A DNA stretch of 64,000 nucleotides from a virus. Taxonomy: Duplodnaviria > Caudoviricetes. Positions within the stretch are counted from its first letter, which is position 1; the number at the start of each line of letters is the position of its first letter. This document shows, in pieces, positions 58,901 through 64,000 of the stretch. The translations under genes and the position numbers were made by a program. The notes below the pieces were generated by a model, which saw only the letters and a list, made by a program, of their open reading frames with translations, searched no databases and was not told the origin of the DNA. The stretch is taken from the IMG/VR virus record IMGVR_UViG_3300032038_007781, positions 1 through 64,000 of that record; one strand, written 5' to 3'.

Positions 58901-61900
58901 AATTTGTATATTAGTTACAAACCCATTATTATTTTCATTACTTTTGTCAAATTGTCTAGCAGTTGGTATTTCAATTTCACCTGTAGGTAAATCGTGGATT
59001 GAGAAATTTACGCAACCGTTGAAAATAGCTGTGCCTGCTAATTTAATATTACCAAATACTCTCTTAAGTGAAGTACAACCATTAAAGAAGTTCGAGCCTA
59101 AAGAGAATGGGCTACCTTCAACATTAGCAAATTTAACATATTTTACCGAACTCGTATTATGCATCTTCAAACCAGTTGAAGTTAAAGATGCAAATGCTGA
59201 TAAATCAAGTACATTTTCTTGGTTATATTGAAGTACATTTGCAGTTTCACCAAATTTAAATCCATCAAGACCAACTGAGTTTTCTAAGTTTAAAGTTTGT
59301 ATACTTTTAACCATATCTGCCGCAGGCATAATGATTGGCTTTTTTGTCCTAAGTCCTGATAATATAACCGTTTTCAACTTAGGGCAGTCAATAATTGAAA
59401 TCTGCAAATTCTCATTGGTGCATTTACCCAAATTCAAACTTGTTAGTTCAGAACAAGAAGAAATGGTTACTGATGTCAACTGAGTATTACCTGATGCCAC
59501 AATTGATTGAATTTCAGCACAGTTTGATACTTCGAGAGTATTCAAAATATTCATTGCGTTTATTTCTAAACTTGTTTTAAGACCCCTACAATTTCTAATG
59601 TAAAGTTTTTCCAAACTATCGCATTGTTTAAAGTTAAAATCTTCATCAGTCAAATAAGGTTGAGACTCAATTGTCAAGTTAGAAATATCGCTATCACTTA
59701 CGTTCAGCACTGAAAGTGGTGAAGAAGAAAGTACCAACGAACTTACACAAGAGTGACTAATGTCAATAGTATTAATTTTCCAATAGTTAAAGCCTTCTGA
59801 ACTCGAACTTTGGTCAGAAAGTGTCACAGGGAAGTTAGTAGAACCCTTTGAGTTACTCAAATTAATCTTTCTAACATCAGATAATCTCTTGCCATCAATT
59901 TTATTAATGAAGGTTGTTGAGAAATCAACTGGTGTATCTTTAGATAAAGTAGTAACTGAGTCCAAATCAATTTCGGATAATGAAGGTAGTTCCATACTTT
60001 CAAATTTCTCAAAACGATTGTCCTTAAGTCCATCCAATTTTGTAATAATTGTTGTTGAGTTAATACCAATACGCTTAGAGTCTGAAGACAACTGAGGTAA
60101 AATAATCTTTGTGTCTGTGTAAGCAGGTATGAACCACTTATTAACCTCACCATTCTGGCCAATTTCAGCAGTAAAGATTGTAGGTGAAGTTGTTGAAATT
60201 ATAAAGTTAGGGTAGCCACCTCCTTCAGGTCCACCACAAGTGATGTAGCCACGCACATAATAAGGGTATCGGTCATTTACAGGACTGCTAACATTAAGGA
60301 CACCATCCAAAAAATAGAACCTATCCTTTAGCCAAGAACGTATATACTCAATACGTGTGCCATGAAGCATTTCAATATTACCATAAGTGTAATTACCTGA
60401 AGCAGTTTGATACTTAGTCAAATATTTTACGTTAAAGTCATCATTGTAAAGCATTTCACCAACATCACTTGTTTGGTCGGTAAAGATTGAAATGAAGCTA
60501 TCAGGAGAGCTTAAAGGACCATTAGTTGTACCGTCATTTTTTATAGAGCCATCTCTAAGTAATCTCCAGAATTCACCATAGAACCCTCCATTCCAAACAC
60601 TTTCACAATGAGTAGCCCAGAAACTCTTGTTACCACGTTCATCAGATGTAGCACGTAAAATATTCCATAGCTTAGAATTATACGCACCATATCCATGAGC
60701 TTGCTGAGAATTTCTCTTAACTGCCATTATATTTGGTTCATCAGTTTTTGTGCTATTTTCAAATGAATCAATATAAACAGTTGATGGTACGCTTTCCTCA
60801 CCTGCATTAGTAAGGCCTAAAGCCGTATCCATATCATAGAATGCTGGATACCACTTTCCGTTTCCCCAAGTCCTAAGTGTCATATTTTTACCTAATGAAT
60901 CCACCATGCCAAATGCCATAGCAATCACAAAATAACCATAAGCATTTTTAATTGATAATTTATCAACAAAAGTTTCAACTTCATTAGTTTCAGCATAAAC
61001 TTCACCGTTGGTCTTAAAAGTCTTTGAAGAAGAATCATATGTGTAAATCTTAGATGTTGATGGCTCAGGTATACGTGCAGTTTGTGCAAATAAATCTCGT
61101 AATTTCAGCCAAGGGTCAGTGCCTGATGGTGGTTGCGAACTATGGTCATCAGAACCACCATTGTATTTGAATTCACCTAAGTGTTCAAGAACTGTTAAGT
61201 TGTCTTGCGACCAAGTTGAATGTTCTTCGGTATTGTCATCAGCATCACTACCAAACTCAAAAGAGTATACATCAGAAAGATTAATCTGATTTTGGCCATT
61301 ATTATACTTAATAGTCTCAGTTCTTTCATAAGGCACATATGCATCAACCAATGCTGGCGTGCTTTCATCGTTATATTCATCAGCAGCATTTTTCTTTCTT
61401 CTTGAATAAGACTTCAAGAAGTTAAATCCCATATTGAAATATGAATAACGACCTAAGTTAAAAGAATAAATACCCAAGAATGTAGGAGAACTTTCACCAG
61501 GAAATCGCATAAGTAGGATTACAGGGAAGCCTTCAAGTGTATGTTTAACATCAGGTAAAGTAGATTGTACTCCATAATCATTACCATTTTCATCAACATC
61601 ACGAGGTTTGTTTTCTCTTGCTGCAATCATAGCAGGGTTATCTTCCAACACAGATTTAGCACCATATTCGTTAATCCATTTACCAAGCGTAGCGTTGTTT
61701 GCGTGGGCAGAATCCACAACGTCAGCCTTTAATGTAAACTCACTTTCAGGAAACCAAGTATCTTTTGGTTGGAACATCTCTAATCTACCATTAGCAAGTG
61801 TTTTCATAAAATACAACTCAAGATTCTTAGACCTCAAAGTAGTTGTAGACGTACCCTGAATACTTACACCGATAGTATCTGCTTGAACCTCTTTACCATT

Positions 61901-64000
61901 TTGCCCTACATTAGGGTCAAAGTAATTTAATGTAAAGTTTTCATATTTCTGTTTTGTTTGGTCAGTTGTTAAATTAGTACTAAAGAATATATCTTTAGTG
62001 AAATTACTTAGAGAGCCATCTAAATAAACAATAGGCAATGACGTTTTTTGCTTATCTGCTAATGCAGCATAGCCAACATTTTCAAGATAAGTGTAGTCGT
62101 TATTTACCATTTTATACAATTCACTTCTTGCAATTGTACTGCCTTTATCAGGGTCTAACAAATAGTTTCTCTTTTTCCATTCATCATATGCCACAGGGTC
62201 TATTGAGTTATCATCAAGTCTTTTTGCTCTATCGTTATGTGAATTAACTACAACTTCAATATCATTCAAATATTTACTGAAAATACGTAAACCATAAATG
62301 TTAACGTCAGCGTTATTCCAAATTGTGCCATCAGGTGAAGCATTACAACCTAAATAGATTGTATTAGGTATACTTGTCCCGTAAGAGTTGGCCTCTTTAG
62401 CAGCATTGATAATACCATTAACATAGATTTTAGCCATACCTGTATTCACGTTCTGGCCATTTTCAACTAATGTTTTGTGTATATATACGAAGTCAACTGT
62501 GGTTAATGCATTTTGCTTAATGTTAACTTCCATTTTCTGCTGAATGCCATTAGCAGTAAAATACCAATAAACCTTTTCAAGGTCAATCTTTAAGCCTGAC
62601 TTAAATTCGTTGTTATTATCGTTTGTGCCCATAAAGAATATTGTTCTATTATTATATGGGTGATAATCACTCTTGAATGTTACTGATATAGTGAAGCCAT
62701 CGTTTGACAGCCATTTGCTAATGTCCTCACTTATGCTTACCGTAGCATAAGCTTCATTTGACAATCTTAAGAAAGAAGAAGAGCCTTTATCAGACATAAA
62801 GCCGTTCACTTCACCATTAATGCCATTGACATGCATAGTAACTTCTGAATTTATTAGATTCTCATCAGTACTACCAGCAGGTAAATAATTTGCAATTGAT
62901 GATTTAACAGAAGAAGCATCGGAATTAACATTACTGAACTCCTTGTTACCCCAAAAAGCATACATAGTATTGCCAACACTGCTATTAAGGCCTCTAATTG
63001 GCACTTGCGTTTTATATTCATTAGTGCTGGAAGCAATTACTTTGCAAGCGCCTGTAACAGTTTCAACAATAAGTCCGTCAGCAGACCAACATTTAACCTC
63101 AACTAACACTTCATTACCAATAAAGTCGTCGCCTAAGTCAGTAGTTATTGTTTTGACAGCGCCAATAGTTGTGAAAGGGTTTTTGTTATATTTAATTGCT
63201 TCGCCATTCTCATCAACTAAGTCAAAATAACCTGCAACTGGCTTACTAACACTTCCATTAGACAACTTAATTGCATAGTAAACTGAAGACACATTAGATG
63301 TGAAGAACGGAGTGAATCCAAATGATAAGTTACCGCTCGAACTAACTTGTTTTTTATTAACTTCATCAAGTTCTTCAAATTCTTCCTTAGTTGGTAAATC
63401 ACTAAGAGTGATAACAATTTTATCGGAGCCCTGAATCAATACACTAGCATTAATTTCTTCAGCATCAATATGGAGACCACTAGATGTTGTGACCTGACCA
63501 TTGATAGTAAGGTTATATCTACTACCTACTTTAACTGAAGCGGTATCAACCAATTTCTCAAAAAAGTTAAACTTAACAGTCTGAGTTGCCGTAGTATTAG
63601 AATTAAATGAGCTTACGGCAGAATTATTAGTTGTAGTGTTCTTGACGTTGATAGTTACCTCAGAATTCAAAATTTTATTAGTAACACTAACAATGATTTC
63701 ACTGTCGCTACCAATCTTAAATACATTATCTTTTTGTGTAGATAAGACAATAGAAGTTTCAGTAATATTTAATGTGTATGATTGAATACTCAGACCATTA
63801 GGGTCAATTGCATCAATAATAAAAGTGTGAGGAGCTACAGTTGAGTATTTTTCAATGTCACTAACGTCAACTTTAACTGTTGTATTTACCCTTACTTGTG
63901 CATAATTGCTATCTAAAGCATTACCGTCATAAGTACATCTATACTGAACATAGTCAGTAGCTGTACCTCCAGTAATTTTAAAATAGACTGTAAAATTCTT
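55973..64000 (-). CDS. Giant virion protein (partial): Ig-like, LamG, CotH-like kinase, LRR and BspA/DUF285-like repeats
   Basis: Frame stays open from 63670 to the window end. CotH-like QGTS..KN, TLKAD, DSLGKN, FYDMDT; LxxLxIxxC LRRs; MFxxC repeats. Confidence 0.8.
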   Translation of the reverse strand, partial: KNFTVYFKITGGTATDYVQYRCTYDGNALDSNYAQVRVNTTVKVDVSDIEKYSTVAPHTFIIDAIDPNGLSIQSYTLNITETSIVLSTQKDNVFKIGSDSEIIVSVTNKILNSEVTINVKNTTTNNSAVSSFNSNTTATQTVKFNFFEKLVDTASVKVGSRYNLTINGQVTTSSGLHIDAEEINASVLIQGSDKIVITLSDLPTKEEFEELDEVNKKQVSSSGNLSFGFTPFFTSNVSSVYYAIKLSNGSVSKPVAGYFDLVDENGEAIKYNKNPFTTIGAVKTITTDLGDDFIGNEVLVEVKCWSADGLIVETVTGACKVIASSTNEYKTQVPIRGLNSSVGNTMYAFWGNKEFSNVNSDASSVKSSIANYLPAGSTDENLINSEVTMHVNGINGEVNGFMSDKGSSSFLRLSNEAYATVSISEDISKWLSNDGFTISVTFKSDYHPYNNRTIFFMGTNDNNNEFKSGLKIDLEKVYWYFTANGIQQKMEVNIKQNALTTVDFVYIHKTLVENGQNVNTGMAKIYVNGIINAAKEANSYGTSIPNTIYLGCNASPDGTIWNNADVNIYGLRIFSKYLNDIEVVVNSHNDRAKRLDDNSIDPVAYDEWKKRNYLLDPDKGSTIARSELYKMVNNDYTYLENVGYAALADKQKTSLPIVYLDGSLSNFTKDIFFSTNLTTDQTKQKYENFTLNYFDPNVGQNGKEVQADTIGVSIQGTSTTTLRSKNLELYFMKTLANGRLEMFQPKDTWFPESEFTLKADVVDSAHANNATLGKWINEYGAKSVLEDNPAMIAARENKPRDVDENGNDYGVQSTLPDVKHTLEGFPVILLMRFPGESSPTFLGIYSFNLGRYSYFNMGFNFLKSYSRRKKNAADEYNDESTPALVDAYVPYERTETIKYNNGQNQINLSDVYSFEFGSDADDNTEEHSTWSQDNLTVLEHLGEFKYNGGSDDHSSQPPSGTDPWLKLRDLFAQTARIPEPSTSKIYTYDSSSKTFKTNGEVYAETNEVETFVDKLSIKNAYGYFVIAMAFGMVDSLGKNMTLRTWGNGKWYPAFYDMDTALGLTNAGEESVPSTVYIDSFENSTKTDEPNIMAVKRNSQQAHGYGAYNSKLWNILRATSDERGNKSFWATHCESVWNGGFYGEFWRLLRDGSIKNDGTTNGPLSSPDSFISIFTDQTSDVGEMLYNDDFNVKYLTKYQTASGNYTYGNIEMLHGTRIEYIRSWLKDRFYFLDGVLNVSSPVNDRYPYYVRGYITCGGPEGGGYPNFIISTTSPTIFTAEIGQNGEVNKWFIPAYTDTKIILPQLSSDSKRIGINSTTIITKLDGLKDNRFEKFESMELPSLSEIDLDSVTTLSKDTPVDFSTTFINKIDGKRLSDVRKINLSNSKGSTNFPVTLSDQSSSSEGFNYWKINTIDISHSCVSSLVLSSSPLSVLNVSDSDISNLTIESQPYLTDEDFNFKQCDSLEKLYIRNCRGLKTSLEINAMNILNTLEVSNCAEIQSIVASGNTQLTSVTISSCSELTSLNLGKCTNENLQISIIDCPKLKTVILSGLRTKKPIIMPAADMVKSIQTLNLENSVGLDGFKFGETANVLQYNQENVLDLSAFASLTSTGLKMHNTSSVKYVKFANVEGSPFSLGSNFFNGCTSLKRVFGNIKLAGTAIFNGCVNFSIHDLPTGEIEIPTARQFDKSNENNNGFVTNIQIGVTSLNSMFANTQCNLHDVYYILQKCDSEGNGNKIDVTDITNMFYNVKTIKTDTESNSLKAEAFSHCGKVTNISGLFYYCGLRTRIPSPILDSNGNVTNNGMFQYMPNLTWFNSAFDGCTVYADDNLFHSTKDGKNLSINSIIYFNPIFVKNSNSTEIGNIGWANAGKLFKYMPYLNNIDHSFNNSRIYFSHVDTNLVINNTRIYSTDIFYNTPNLTNINASFTNLTACGYIRNIFGGYSSTRSMPGHFSSKITAVTSSFSVSTISGDTTVPEDERNIASVYIGDSFLAKISNSIKYLGTSSKDGTSSSAPIFSGKFNKYVDTVDVDNATIFPSKVLRKCTNLIEAPGFFSNMKRPTGAQNIELTLPYYTENGEMVSMFADSISLSNFAYGFYHLQIPFTLKGFGFTNATKLKNVASLFEYTELKGQVPYGLFYREVTNSYPTMKGLTYDDAIKKGIENAKYGVQNLVINASTNKVIVEFDKDNKIIKGKSEPFSSGGTIYYMDDYGELCPSTIGDNETTTWTDSKGELHTGSTKDVKNPVKSSDSDIYTFNGSYKTYIKNITSMNSIFKDITTENLHAYALNLNADDLTIENYSSGGCSNVIEDNPDYNPIFVVPNDSFNPVLYIHNSIDGTTTLNPNYDPRRVKENSAYNKYRKIWNKWVNDGTATLYNAIVGSEIYKKIGTNDDIGISEDLPNDILNTSPTSETTLLPIDDLFSEQNDRQKVRNYLVAGDLFRYCTNNASIHSAFQGSGGANIDSDNGLGWPNTLKKGFYGSIPPFFFDNVRNTTSLANMFLGVKGLTPYNWAQKNSVLGNMFPPNLLNGMSSLTDVSHMFEGCYIYPYEQIPDTFFATNTKLRELSYLFSDCKFADTKNAQVPSNLFAKCSDIQNVSYMFYRHENWSYRAPYIMSSNLFTPEKNPAIRDVRYFMYYAGNTSGTVPEFWNKAFRNMTYYTGAYRNISSTQITNYSSITNELK

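Noticed and set aside
51898-64000. Diversity-generating retroelement target in the fibre or adhesin genes
   Set aside because: No reverse transcriptase and no template/variable repeat pair seen in this window.

Overview
A 64 kb segment of an AT-rich, T4-like (contractile-tailed) jumbo bacteriophage. The host is most likely Bacteroidota, judged from TTTG-N20-TAnnTTTG promoters and A-rich translation starts without Shine-Dalgarno motifs. The standard genetic code reads through cleanly. The window holds morphogenesis genes (tail sheath, neck/tail-completion-like proteins, baseplate spike, tail fibres, a giant CotH/LRR protein truncated by the window edge), a SNF2 helicase, dUTPase, IMPDH/GMPR, PhoH, four glycosyltransferases and a gp55-like late sigma factor. 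Main observations: (1) DNA polymerase B is fractured inside its catalytic DTD motif by a naturally split intein, with a decayed homing endonuclease remnant between the halves. (2) About ten dispersed genes share an 'I-R-L-T-E-S-D-L-H-x-I-V-K-E..L-x-E' leader fused to unrelated cargo domains (kinase-like, ADP-ribosyltransferase-like, GNAT), suggesting a modular capsid-packaged effector system. (3) A candidate late promoter TATTTAT, the reverse complement of the T4 core. (4) An [ST]-[GA]-x-[ST] motif recurrent in virion proteins, possibly a glycosylation signal. (5) An IS1595 remnant, a candidate origin and apparent GATC avoidance. All family assignments come from motif recognition by eye; no searches were run.
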